Virus record (IMG/VR): IMGVR_UViG_2915168811_000001
Length of the DNA: 64,000 bases
Reading direction: 5' to 3' (one strand)
Source: a virus
Shown: positions 1 through 9,421 of the stretch, piece after piece
How positions within the stretch are numbered: the stretch's first letter is position 1
Layout: each line of letters starts with the position of its first letter
Position numbers and translations under genes: made by a program
Notes under the pieces: model-generated
Told to the model about the DNA's origin: nothing
The model's input: only the letters and a program-made list of their open reading frames with translations
The model's database searches: none

Positions 1-2
1 AG

Positions 3-302
3 CAGTCCGCCCGCACCCGCGCGATCAATTCGGCTGTGAAGCACGGATGGGTGCCACCCCTCGCCTGGGATGACATCGACATCGACCCTGCGCCGCCGGA
101 ACCGGAGACGGGGCCCGCCGAGGTGGATCACGTCGTGTTCGATCTCGCTCTCGCCGGGCAACCCGTGACCGTCGCGGTATCCGAGCGTGCGTCGCTCATC
201 TACGCCCTCAGTGATGCGAAACGATCCCGATCAGAAGTCGCCGCGGTGCTCGGCATGACCACCGCAGCCGTCCAAGCCAGATTGCAGCGCCGCGCTGCAT
301 GA
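3..302 (+). CDS. 5'-partial HTH DNA-binding protein of actinobacterial mobile elements
   Basis: Frame is open from the window edge; GWVPPLAWDDID motif and C-terminal HTH (RSEVAAVLGMTTAAVQARL). Confidence 0.6.
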   Translation, partial: QSARTRAINSAVKHGWVPPLAWDDIDIDPAPPEPETGPAEVDHVVFDLALAGQPVTVAVSERASLIYALSDAKRSRSEVAAVLGMTTAAVQARLQRRAA

Positions 303-345
303 CCCACCGCCCGACATCCCGCCGGGCACCAACCGAAAGGCAGTC

Positions 346-1044
346 ATGACCATCCGCAACACCTGGGCCCTGCCCGCCATCGCCCTCGCCGGCGCCCTCG
401 CCTTCACCGGCTGCAGCGCCTCCACCCCGGAGCCGACGTCGCCGCCGCCCGCCGCCGAGCAGAAGGAAGCCCCGCCCGCAGAGACCGCAACGCCCGCAGG
501 CGCCGGCAACGTCCCTGAATGGGCGAACGGCGCGGTCGGCCTCGGCGACCTTATCGGCGGTCAGAAGACCGCGAGCTGGAACATTGAGGCGTTCCAGGTT
601 GGCACCGGAGTAACAGCGAAGGATTCGATGTTCGTCGACGCTGAGACGAACGAGAACCTACTCCCGGCCGGCTCCAAGGTCGTGTTCGTGAACTTCGAAT
701 ACACCAACATCTCCGACGCGCCGATCGGTGTTGGGTTCGGGTTCGGAAGCCCCGACGTCCGTTCTGCGAACTGGAACTTCGGCATCGGCCAGCCCGGCGA
801 ATCGAGTGCCGCCGGGTTCGAAGCGCAGGGCGTCTCCAACGAGCTCGTCAAGGTGGGGGCGGCCGGCGACAAGCAGTCGTTCGAGGTCGGGCCCGGCGAA
901 ACGGTGTCCCGCGCCATCAGCATTGGGTACGAGCCCGGCGTCTCCGCGCACGCGCGCGGCTTCATCCTCACGCCGGTCAGCGCTGACGGTGTGATGGATC
1001 ACGACAACTCCGAGCAGGCAGAGTTCGACATCACCATCAAGTAG
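346..1044 (+). CDS. Lipoprotein
   Basis: Signal peptide with lipobox AFTGC, Pro/Ala linker, SD GAAAGG. Confidence 0.8.
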   Translation: MTIRNTWALPAIALAGALAFTGCSASTPEPTSPPPAAEQKEAPPAETATPAGAGNVPEWANGAVGLGDLIGGQKTASWNIEAFQVGTGVTAKDSMFVDAETNENLLPAGSKVVFVNFEYTNISDAPIGVGFGFGSPDVRSANWNFGIGQPGESSAAGFEAQGVSNELVKVGAAGDKQSFEVGPGETVSRAISIGYEPGVSAHARGFILTPVSADGVMDHDNSEQAEFDITIK

Positions 1045-1137
1045 CACTCCCCCGCGGCGGCGCGCAGCCAGCACGGAGGCGCGCCGCCGCGCACAACCAC
1101 TGGTGAGGCCTCAAAAGCCCGCGATCGAAAGGGACAC

Positions 1138-1419
1138 ATGTCCGCCCAGCCCATGAAGCTCATCGATGTTGGATCGCTCCTGGTTCTTGACGTCCCCGAC
1201 CAGCATGCGACCATCACGCTGACCATCGAAGATGCGCAGCAGCTCGCCATGATGCTCTCGGCGAACCTCATCAAGCGCGGCGAAGGCGCGGCCGGAATGC
1301 AGGCGGCGTACCAGCTCGGCAAAGAGCATCTCGCGGCCGCCACCCTCCCGCAGCATCGGGATCCGGACACCGGCATCTCCACCGGCCCGACGAGCCCGTA
1401 CCTCTCCCGGGAGGTGTGA
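1138..1419 (+). CDS. Hypothetical protein
   Basis: SD GAAAGGGA; preceded by a degenerate box CCGCGCACAACC at 1087. Confidence 0.6.
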   Translation: MSAQPMKLIDVGSLLVLDVPDQHATITLTIEDAQQLAMMLSANLIKRGEGAAGMQAAYQLGKEHLAAATLPQHRDPDTGISTGPTSPYLSREV

Positions 1420-1422
1420 ACG

Positions 1423-1662
1423 ATGGCGCGATCGACTTTCGTGTCCGGGCACGCCCTCCAATTCGAGGGGGCCGCGCACGATGAGACTGGACGCAAGATC
1501 CCCCGGACCGGGAACTACGGCGACGGCCGAGGCCTGTGCAGCTGCGGCGCACTCTCCCCCAGCGTCGGTTCCGGCAACAGACGGAAGGCCTGGCATCGCG
1601 AGCACAAGGCTACGATCTCCGCCGCACATACTCCAGCACATGAGCGCCCTGATCAGACATAA
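1423..1662 (+). CDS. Small Cys/His protein (CSCG...WHREH), possibly Zn-binding
   Basis: SD GGAGG, C-x-C and H-x2-H motifs. Confidence 0.6.
   Translation: MARSTFVSGHALQFEGAAHDETGRKIPRTGNYGDGRGLCSCGALSPSVGSGNRRKAWHREHKATISAAHTPAHERPDQT
1622..1633 (+). promoter_or_regulatory. Class II box CCGCACATA, leaderless
   Basis: CCGCACAT + 10 nt + ATG at 1640. Confidence 0.7.
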
Positions 1663-2668
1663 AGCCGGAACAGTCACCGCAGGACAGCAGTCCGGCGGTC
1701 GGTTCAAGCAACTCCAGCGTGAAGCCGCCACTGGGCCGGCCGCGCCACGGACGCGGTGGCTTTCCGACGAAGAGACGCGCTACGCGACCGAACTGATGGA
1801 GGAGAGGTTCTACAGCTCCGTCGTTGCGAAGCACGGACGGAGGGCTGACCGCGTACGCGACGACATCATCCAGGACACCATCATCGACCTCGGGGTGCGA
1901 GCGCAGGCGATGGGCATTGAACGGCTGAACAAAAGCCACGCAGGCCTTACCGTTCGGATCATGCAGGCGCGCGCGATCAGCAACATCTACAGCGAACATC
2001 ACACCGCCGCCTCAGGGCGCAAAGCCCTGGAGAAGCATCGCCAGGAGTTCGAGGCAAGCCTGGGCAGAGAGCTTTCCTCAAGCGAAATCTCAGAGCTCGC
2101 CGAGGAAGTGCGGCTGAGTTTCGCCCCCGGACGACGCCCTACCGTCGGCTACCACGAGGAGTTCGAGGCCTCCAGGCTCCACAGGGTGGCCGAGGAAATC
2201 GGTGCGAACGCTGCCCGTGCAGGTGTTGCATACCGGGACGTTTACCCGACGGAGATGGACCCCGAGCGCAGCGAGCATTTAGAGCAAGTGCTCGAGAGTC
2301 TGCAAGGTGAAGAGGGCGATGCCGTGTCGAAGAAGTACGCCAAAGAGGCGCTGAAAGAGGCCCGCAGCAACGTGTGGACGATGCTGCAGTCGGCCACGCC
2401 AGGACTTCCGCCTGCCCTGGGCCTGTCGGCCTGGAATGCCCAGAAACAGCGTGCCGCGCTCACCGCCGTCGGCGGGGCGCACGAGGCAGCCCGGCAATAT
2501 CTCAGCGGCGCCCTTGACGGGCCCGGCGCCGACGCATTGTTCTCCCCGTTCGGCATTCGTGACGGAAGCGACGGGGCTGAAGACCGTGAAGCGGTCGCCC
2601 AGAAGCTCGCCGCCACCGGCGATGCGGCCGGCAAAGTGTGGAGTTCAGCGGCTCAGACGCGTCGCTGA
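1640..2668 (+). CDS. N-terminally tagged protein with sigma70 region 2/3-like segments
   Basis: Shared tag RHKAGTVTAGQQSGGRFKQLQR; DDIIQDTIIDL (region 2-like) and EFEASLGRELSSSEISELAE (region 3-like). Confidence 0.5.
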   Translation: MSALIRHKAGTVTAGQQSGGRFKQLQREAATGPAAPRTRWLSDEETRYATELMEERFYSSVVAKHGRRADRVRDDIIQDTIIDLGVRAQAMGIERLNKSHAGLTVRIMQARAISNIYSEHHTAASGRKALEKHRQEFEASLGRELSSSEISELAEEVRLSFAPGRRPTVGYHEEFEASRLHRVAEEIGANAARAGVAYRDVYPTEMDPERSEHLEQVLESLQGEEGDAVSKKYAKEALKEARSNVWTMLQSATPGLPPALGLSAWNAQKQRAALTAVGGAHEAARQYLSGALDGPGADALFSPFGIRDGSDGAEDREAVAQKLAATGDAAGKVWSSAAQTRR

Positions 2669-2704
2669 CTCAACGGCGGCGCATCGGTTGCTACAGTCAA
2701 GCTC

Positions 2705-3052
2705 ATGGCAACGAAACAGACTGTGCAGTTCATCGACGACGTCGACGGTTCAACCATCGACGGCGGCACCGACCCCGCTGTGCAGTTTGGGCTCGACGGC
2801 CGGGCGTACGAAATCGACCTCACGGATGAGAACGCCGCAGCCCTGCGCAGCACCTTCGCACCGTACATCGCAGCAGGACGGAAGGCGCAGTCACGCACCA
2901 GCGCATCAGCTGCGCCTGCTGCCGCCAAGGATCCTGATCGTGTCGTCCTGCTCGCCGAAGCGCGCGTCTGGGCTCGCGAGAACGGTCACACCGTGTCGGA
3001 CCGCGGCCGTATCGCGGCACCGATCATGGACGCATTCCTCGCACAGCGGTAA
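2705..3052 (+). CDS. lsr2: Lsr2-family nucleoid-associated protein
   Basis: IDDVDG, FGLDGRAYEIDL, RVWARENG..VSDRGRI; leaderless after extended -10 TGCTACAGT (2689-2697). Confidence 0.95.
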   Translation: MATKQTVQFIDDVDGSTIDGGTDPAVQFGLDGRAYEIDLTDENAAALRSTFAPYIAAGRKAQSRTSASAAPAAAKDPDRVVLLAEARVWARENGHTVSDRGRIAAPIMDAFLAQR

Positions 3053-3085
3053 CAGCGCCGACACTCTGACCTAGGAGGTTCGATC

Positions 3086-3286
3086 GTGGAAGTCACCACG
3101 TACCTGTTCATCTCCCTGTCAGCTGTTGGCGCAGCCATGGCCGTGTACGGACTCCAGGGGCTCGTGAAGCGCCGTCGGGCAGCGGCCGAGCCGCAGGATC
3201 CCGGCGCCAAGGTGCCGCCATACACAATGGGTGTCGTGCTCGGCGTCCTCCTCATCCTGATCGGACTCCTCGGCGCGCTCTTGTAG
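3086..3286 (+). CDS. Small two-TM membrane protein
   Basis: SD AGGAGG; two hydrophobic segments. Confidence 0.65.
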   Translation: MEVTTYLFISLSAVGAAMAVYGLQGLVKRRRAAAEPQDPGAKVPPYTMGVVLGVLLILIGLLGALL

Positions 3287-3291
3287 CTCAG

Positions 3292-3303
3292 CCGCGCATC
3301 ACT
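3292..3303 (+). promoter_or_regulatory. Class I box CCGCGCATCACT + hairpin
   Basis: Followed by GGTCGGA-CGC-TCCGGCC, SD and ATG 3342. Confidence 0.75.
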
Positions 3304-3341
3304 GCCTTCGAGGTCGGACGCTCCGGCCGCGAGAGGTGGCC

Positions 3342-3902
3342 ATGAGTGTGAACCCCGTCCTGTACTTGGACGTCGACGGCGTGATCAATTTCGCAGGCGG
3401 CCGCGGCTCGCACGCGAAGAAGTCCGGCCTTGGCCACACCCGGCGGACCAGTGTGTTCGCACGCTCAACTGTGCGCGCGTACGGAGCCCCTGCACCGGCG
3501 CCGCAGTCGTACGAGATTCGCTGGAGCGCCGAGCTGCTGCGGAAACTGTCCGCGATCGAAGGTCTCGACATCGTCTGGCTGAGCACCTGGCGTGACGCCA
3601 CCGCTGACCTCGAGCGAGCGTTGTCCTGGCGCGGTCCCGTCGGATGCCTCGACTGGGTTGACGGCCCGGCAGGGGCTGAGCATTCCGGGAAGGTGCCGGC
3701 GCTGCTGCAAGACCAGGCCTTCAGACCTCGCCCGTTCATCTGGGCTGATGACGAGGCCCACGACTTCTACCTCCCTGAACACCGCGCGCGCACCGCAGGG
3801 ACGCCGCAGCTGCTTATCGCCCCGGTCGAGAGCATCGGCCTGACTGCAGCCAACCTCGACGAGATCGCCGCGTTCGCGCACGAACACCGTGCATCACTGT
3901 AG
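3342..3902 (+). CDS. HAD-domain protein (RNA-repair-associated HAD type)
   Basis: LYLDVDGV, WLSTW, FIWADDE. Confidence 0.8.
   Translation: MSVNPVLYLDVDGVINFAGGRGSHAKKSGLGHTRRTSVFARSTVRAYGAPAPAPQSYEIRWSAELLRKLSAIEGLDIVWLSTWRDATADLERALSWRGPVGCLDWVDGPAGAEHSGKVPALLQDQAFRPRPFIWADDEAHDFYLPEHRARTAGTPQLLIAPVESIGLTAANLDEIAAFAHEHRASL
3887..3898 (+). promoter_or_regulatory. Class I box variant CCGTGCATCACT
   Basis: Lies in the last codons (RASL*) of the upstream gene; imperfect hairpin follows. Confidence 0.65.
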
Positions 3903-3947
3903 AGAGGTCGCAGCTGCGTCCCGCTTGCCGCCGTCGAAGGGACGCCC

Positions 3948-4295
3948 ATGGCCGACGAATTGATCCTGTTCCGAGTCGCCCTGGGGAGCACCCCAACCCG
4001 CGAAGAGGTGGACAGTCACCTTGAGACTTTGAGCAACAGAGACCTTGTGACGACCCAGCTCCTTATCGAACGGGACGGGGCCCGGATTGCAGGGCTGGAT
4101 AGGTCGACTTCGCATGAATGCGTCACCGCGACCGTCAACGGCCGGGCTGCCACCGAAAAGCGCAAGGACGACAAAGCCCGCCAGGTGTCCAGAGTCATTC
4201 TGCTGGCCGTGATTGGGGTCATGATCACGATGGTGCTCGTCCTGCCTGCGCTCGTGCATGGTGTCGAAAATTTCCTGACCTCCCACACCCATTAG
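3948..4295 (+). CDS. Hypothetical membrane protein
   Basis: SD GAAGGGA; C-terminal TM. Confidence 0.6.
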   Translation: MADELILFRVALGSTPTREEVDSHLETLSNRDLVTTQLLIERDGARIAGLDRSTSHECVTATVNGRAATEKRKDDKARQVSRVILLAVIGVMITMVLVLPALVHGVENFLTSHTH

Positions 4296-4330
4296 AACTT
4301 CTCACGAGACCACCAACCAGGAAGGGCGTC

Positions 4331-5017
4331 ATGCCTGAACCCACCATGCCCGTCTGGGCTGAACACCTAGCCGTCTTCGACACTGAGACGACCGGGACCG
4401 ACACGAACACGGACCGTATCGTTACGGCGACGGTCGGCATCATCGGTCCGTACGGCACCCTCGAGTTCGCGCGCTCCTGGCTGATCAACCCCGGCATCCC
4501 GTCCGCTCCGGAAGCGGTCGAAATTCACGGTGTCACCAACGAGCGCGCGGCCGCGGAGGGTGCCGACCCGAGCGTCGCGGTCGCGGCGATCCTTGATGCT
4601 CTGCACACAACCGGGCTGCCGGTTGTGGCGTACAACGCTGCATTCGACCTCTCCATCCTGCGCGCGGAATGCGAACGGTACGGCGTCGAGTTCGCGCTGC
4701 CGCCTGCGGGGATCATCGACCCGTTCATCATCGACAAGGCGAAGTGGAAGTTCCGCAAAGGTAAGCGCACCCTCGCCGTCGTCTGCGAGCTGTACGGCGT
4801 CGAACTGCTGGATGCGCACGATGCGACCGCGGACGCCGTCGCCGCCGGCCAGCTCGCACAGAAGCTCGTCACCCGATACCCGGGCATGGAGCCTGACGGG
4901 CTGCAGCGCCTACAAGCAATCTGGCAGCGCGACCAGGCCGCCGGCTATCAGGAGTTCCGCCGTCGAAGTGAGCCTGAGTTCGTCGTGGACAGCGGCTGGC
5001 CGGTGTACGACCGATGA
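4331..5017 (+). CDS. DEDDh 3'-5' exonuclease (DnaQ-like)
   Basis: VFDTETTG, AYNAAFD, HDATAD. Confidence 0.9.
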   Translation: MPEPTMPVWAEHLAVFDTETTGTDTNTDRIVTATVGIIGPYGTLEFARSWLINPGIPSAPEAVEIHGVTNERAAAEGADPSVAVAAILDALHTTGLPVVAYNAAFDLSILRAECERYGVEFALPPAGIIDPFIIDKAKWKFRKGKRTLAVVCELYGVELLDAHDATADAVAAGQLAQKLVTRYPGMEPDGLQRLQAIWQRDQAAGYQEFRRRSEPEFVVDSGWPVYDR

Positions 5018-5187
5018 CAGGCATACCGCTGATTGCAGCGATCCCCTTCGCGCTCAGCGTGCTGTTCGGCCTGGTTCTCTCCCTGTCCGGCAAGCGCGAG
5101 CTGCGTGTGCTGGCCACGGTGACCATAGTCGCTGGGGTGGCAGGCGTCGCTCTCTGTGCGCTCCTACTGCCCCTCATCTTCGGCTGA
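5014..5187 (+). CDS. 57-aa two-TM protein (not in ORF track)
   Basis: ATGA overlap with the exonuclease stop; hydrophobic. Confidence 0.55.
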   Translation: MTGIPLIAAIPFALSVLFGLVLSLSGKRELRVLATVTIVAGVAGVALCALLLPLIFG

Positions 5188-5199
5188 CCGCGCATAACT
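5188..5199 (+). promoter_or_regulatory. Class I box CCGCGCATAACT + hairpin
   Basis: Directly after a TGA; GCCGGA-CGG-TCCGGC, SD GGAGG. Confidence 0.75.
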
Positions 5200-5240
5200 C
5201 CAGGTGAAAGCCGGACGGTCCGGCCCACCTGGAGGTCGTC

Positions 5241-5645
5241 GTGAATGAGTATCTGCTGTCGCCCGCCGAGTTCAACGCGACTGCTCGCAAGATCGAAGCG
5301 ATCAACGCCCGCGCCGCCAAGCGCGGATTCACTGGCTCGTTCCGGCTCGCAGGTGTGTCGGAGATCATCCAGGAAACCAGCCCGACCGGGCTCCCCGTCG
5401 CGCGCGTGATGTACCGGTGCACGTTGGACGGCGAAGCGCCCAGCTACGGCGGCTGGCGCTTCCTCGCCGCGCTCGAGGGACTGCCCGCGGCCGGCGGCGG
5501 CGACGTCGCCTGGATTGTCCGTTGCGCCCCCGGGGTCAGCGACGAAGGGGTCGACCGGAGCACACTCCGCGTGGGCTTTTGCTCCCACTGCGGCGTCGCC
5601 CGCGCGAACCGCCGGAAGCTCTTCCTGGTGCAGCACGTCGAGTCC
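5241..5645 (+). pseudogene. 5' part of a ~394-aa conserved hypothetical gene split by an insertion
   Basis: 135 codons ending VQHVES join in frame to GEYRQVGSTCAKDFLG at 10441. Confidence 0.85.
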
Positions 5646-5888
5646 AGACACCGATTGAAACAGATATGGGTCTGCCTAGGCAAGTCGCAGACCCGTGACC
5701 AGGCTGTGCTCGGGTGTCCTAACGCTCACCCTCGAACGGGTCTACTACGCTGTGGAGACCGTGCTCGGGACAGCTGAACGCGATTCGGAGCCCTCGGCCC
5801 TCTCCTGCCTCGAACGGCTCTGGGATGCAGTCCGCACCGCACCCGGAGCACGTTCGGTATATTTCATCCTCCGGGGAAACACCGGAAG

Positions 5889-6110
5889 TCATGCGTCATC
5901 TCCGTCCGTGATCTCGACGGACAGGCCAAGCGCAGTCGCGAGCTTGCGAGCCGTGCGCATCGACGGCTCGTGACCGAGTTCCACCCGCGACACGGTCGGG
6001 CGGGACACTCCCGCCTTCTCGGCTAGTTCATCCTGCGACCACCCGCGCTCAAGTCGCGTCATTTGCACACTCTTTCCGAAGCCCTTGGCCTGTCCTGGAG
6101 GTCGGCTCAT
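5889..6110 (-). CDS. XRE HTH regulator
   Basis: RLERGWSQDELAEKAGVSRPTVSRVELG. Confidence 0.9.
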   Translation of the reverse strand: MSRPPGQAKGFGKSVQMTRLERGWSQDELAEKAGVSRPTVSRVELGHEPSMRTARKLATALGLSVEITDGDDA

Positions 6111-6113
6111 GAG

Positions 6114-7205
6114 TCACCCCGACACCGTCGTAGGCGTGGACAGCTGCCGTTCCGCACGTGCCCGCAAGATCTTTCCGTAGAGGGTCATTCCGTCCCAATC
6201 GACGACCTCGTCACCGGAGTCGTCGGTCGCGACAGGAACCATAATTCGTTGGCGTCCTAGCCGATGGAGAGTCAACTTGTATCCGAATCCGAACTTCGGG
6301 ACGCACTGTTGCGTAAGCATTGTGACCAACATGAGGAGCGCCTCCTCAGTGGCATTCTCCGCAGCTGGCTCGAGCACCGTTACATCATCGGAGGCGTTGA
6401 ACGGCATCGGCTGGTACTTGGCGTGGCCGGTACCACCGTCACCGTTATAGATCAGCGAAACCCAGCCGCCGGGGAACAGCGCGGGGACGTCAGCAAGGCC
6501 TACGATGCTGTTATTGACCCGGGAGCCTGCAACGAAGGGCATCCGGCCCGGTTTGCGATGGGCCGCGATCAAGCGTTTCCCCTTATGAGCGTGGAAGATG
6601 CCGCGCTGCTGACGAGGCAAGTCGATGACGAACATCGGTGCAAACCTCAGATCCGGGAGGTCTGTGTCGGCAACGACGTCATCAGACGTGCGGGCGCTGT
6701 TTGCGCGAGTGACTGCGCGGGCAGTCAGTTCTTCACCGAGCCGCGTCATGCCCTCCCAGTCCACGACCCGGTCGCCGAAGTCGTCGGTCGTCACGGGGAC
6801 CATGATCCGGGTCTTCACGAGACGTGCCATGGAGACGCCATACCCCCACGAGAACTTCTGCATGGCCCTGCGCATGATCGTCGTCAAGAGTAAGCCGGAG
6901 TGAGCGTTCAGCAGCTTATGGCGAAAGATCAAGAAGTTCTGCGCCGTGTAGAAGGATACCGGCTGGTAGAAAGTCGCCTGGGTCTTGAGGGTAACGGTGA
7001 TGCAGTTACCAGCTTCACGGATAACACCCTGATCAGCGACAATCGCGGCAATGCTGTTCGCCGAATGCGTCTGACTGAGATACGGAACTTTCGGTTCACC
7101 ACTCTTGAGGTGAACCTTGTCAAACCAGGCCGACGACGACTTCATCGTGTCGAAGACATCTGTGATCAGCATCGGGGCGAACGTCAGATCATCATACGCA
7201 CTCAT
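6114..7205 (-). CDS. RM specificity subunit (BcgIB/HsdS-like, two TRDs)
   Basis: Duplicated KF.[WF]GY....RL...RIMVP...VVDW.GM blocks; overlaps the MTase stop. Confidence 0.8.
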   Translation of the reverse strand: MSAYDDLTFAPMLITDVFDTMKSSSAWFDKVHLKSGEPKVPYLSQTHSANSIAAIVADQGVIREAGNCITVTLKTQATFYQPVSFYTAQNFLIFRHKLLNAHSGLLLTTIMRRAMQKFSWGYGVSMARLVKTRIMVPVTTDDFGDRVVDWEGMTRLGEELTARAVTRANSARTSDDVVADTDLPDLRFAPMFVIDLPRQQRGIFHAHKGKRLIAAHRKPGRMPFVAGSRVNNSIVGLADVPALFPGGWVSLIYNGDGGTGHAKYQPMPFNASDDVTVLEPAAENATEEALLMLVTMLTQQCVPKFGFGYKLTLHRLGRQRIMVPVATDDSGDEVVDWDGMTLYGKILRARAERQLSTPTTVSG

Positions 7206-9208
7206 GCGTCATCACCGACCTCGAATCCCGTGCCCTTGTTATGCACCGGTGTAATGAGGGCACCATAACCATGGGTGTGCATGTCGACCTGCCAGGTGAT
7301 GTAGTCCGCCACCGTGGTGTAGAAGTCGTCGTAGGTCGGCGGCTGGTCGTTGAAATAGAAGTAGCTGTGCTGCCACTCGTCGGTCGCAATGATCTCTGAA
7401 CGCACCACAAACGATGTGTCATCGGGCACGCCGTCCCGGAGGACCTCAAGCAGATGCTTGCGCCGATCGGCAGCGCGCCCGTCGTCGACCAGGCCGACGT
7501 GTTGGCGGACCTTGTAACCATCGTCTTTGAAGTCCACGAAGGCAGTCTTCTTCGTCTCGGGGTGGGGTACCCCCGCTGTGAAGAGCGCAATGACTGCATG
7601 AGTACCGATGCCGTGGAACGTGTCCGGATTCATCGTTAAGACGGCATCAAGCGTGTGATGCTTGAGAATCTTCGCCTTGAGGGCCTTATCAACCTTGTTC
7701 TTCCCGACCATGGCAGACTGCGGGACGATCGCGGCGAGGCGGCCCCGAACTTCCAGCTGAGACAGCGCCCGCTCAAGGAAGGACAGTTCGGACAGGTGCC
7801 AGGTGGTCGGGTCCTTCGCCTGCGAATACGGCGGGTTCATGAGCACCTTCGTGAATCCCTCCAGACGACCAGGGCGCTCGGGGTTGTACGGGAAGAAATC
7901 GTCCCGTGTGGTGTCGAAGAAGCTCCTGCGCTGGAAATTCGCCTTTCCGTCACCGCGCAGGATCATATTCGTAGTGCCGACAGCGAAGAGTTTGTCCTGG
8001 AGTTCGACGCCATGCAGCTGGAACCTTTTGATCTCGTCGAGGCGTTCAGCGAGGCGAGTGGGGTCGCCACCATACCGCGTAGTTGCGTCGGCGAACATGC
8101 GGCGCATCGCAGCGATTAGGAACGCCCCAGAGCCTGCGGTCGGATCGAGCACCACGTCGTCACTGTTCACGTCGATCAGCTCGGCCATAAGGTCCGTGAT
8201 GTGGTGCGGTGTGAGCACGATACCCAGCGAGTTTCCGTCGGAGCCGCCGTACTTCACGAACTCACCGTAGAAGTTTCCCAGCACGTCGAACGCCGAGTGG
8301 GAGGGAGACGATACGACCTCGAAGACCTCATGATCGAGGATCTCCGTGAAGTGCTGGAGCGGTGTCTTCCCGAGATCGCGGTTCCGCTGGTTCAGCAACA
8401 CGTGACGCTTGATGAAGGCGAAGCGATCGAGCATGATCCCGATCTTCTGCTTCGGCCCAAGGTCGGCCTCGGGGCTCTCCAGGAACTCCTTCGCGGCGTT
8501 GTAGACTTTCTCGCCGTCCCGGTATCCGTTGCGCTGGTCACCGGCGAGGTCGGCGAGCAGTTCGGGGCGGTACTTGAGCGCCAGCAGGATCGCAGAGACC
8601 AGCGTCGCCTTGTTCTCGTTCTCCAACGAGGCGTAGTTGCGCATACCCTCGTGAAGATTTGCCGCCACCTTGCGAATCTCACGGACCTCGCGCTCCTCGC
8701 GAGGTAGCTCACCGAGCACGGCGACGCGGTAGTACTCGTTGATGTTCTCCGCCGCGAACGGTGTGAGCGTCTCCAGCCCGTCCAACACCCTGGACTCCGT
8801 CCGAGGAGCGACGAAAGCAATCGACATGTCGTAGTGACTCTCGGTACCGGCGACACCCACCGCGAAAACCTTCTTGCCGGTCCTATCAGCGAAGGTCTTC
8901 GCATAGTGCACGGCACCGTTCAGTGCGTATTTGACGCGCGCAGGAGGATCAAGTGCTATGCGGCCCTCCTCGTCGAGCATGACAGAGTCCTCGAACCGAG
9001 CCTTGTCCTCCACAACCACGATGAACTCGCCCGACTCAATGACGAACTCGGGCTTGCCTCGACCAGAACCATCGGACTTGGATGCGCCTTCGAGGGCCTC
9101 GTAGATGTAGGCGGGAGCGTCGGAGCAGCTCTGCTCCCACGGTCTGGGGTAGCCGATCTCACGCAACATGTCGCGTACGAACTGGTCGGTGCTTCTCTCG
9201 TTCCCCAT
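7202..9208 (-). CDS. Fused endonuclease/N6-adenine methyltransferase (BcgIA-like, type IIB/IIG)
   Basis: PEF...VEDK nuclease-like motif, LDPTAGSGAFL, MNPPY. Confidence 0.85.
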   Translation of the reverse strand: MGNERSTDQFVRDMLREIGYPRPWEQSCSDAPAYIYEALEGASKSDGSGRGKPEFVIESGEFIVVVEDKARFEDSVMLDEEGRIALDPPARVKYALNGAVHYAKTFADRTGKKVFAVGVAGTESHYDMSIAFVAPRTESRVLDGLETLTPFAAENINEYYRVAVLGELPREEREVREIRKVAANLHEGMRNYASLENENKATLVSAILLALKYRPELLADLAGDQRNGYRDGEKVYNAAKEFLESPEADLGPKQKIGIMLDRFAFIKRHVLLNQRNRDLGKTPLQHFTEILDHEVFEVVSSPSHSAFDVLGNFYGEFVKYGGSDGNSLGIVLTPHHITDLMAELIDVNSDDVVLDPTAGSGAFLIAAMRRMFADATTRYGGDPTRLAERLDEIKRFQLHGVELQDKLFAVGTTNMILRGDGKANFQRRSFFDTTRDDFFPYNPERPGRLEGFTKVLMNPPYSQAKDPTTWHLSELSFLERALSQLEVRGRLAAIVPQSAMVGKNKVDKALKAKILKHHTLDAVLTMNPDTFHGIGTHAVIALFTAGVPHPETKKTAFVDFKDDGYKVRQHVGLVDDGRAADRRKHLLEVLRDGVPDDTSFVVRSEIIATDEWQHSYFYFNDQPPTYDDFYTTVADYITWQVDMHTHGYGALITPVHNKGTGFEVGDDA

Positions 9209-9421
9209 GGGCAACACTCTCACTCACTGATTGCATCAAATATCTAACAATGACAGTACTTGACTACGCATGCTCGGAGCTAAAGCAACGCGCTGGAAGA
9301 TGCCCCGCACAGCGGGGCCGGGAGCCTCCACGAGAGCGGCGACGTGGCGTAAGTGCGTCGATTCACCGAGCACGACTGCCTGTCGCGCCAGCCGCTCTCC
9401 CAGACCTCGGAAGAGACCGCC

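Noticed and set aside
5646-5777. C-terminal 43 aa of ORF 5241-5777
   Set aside because: Read-through into the inserted element, not part of the original protein
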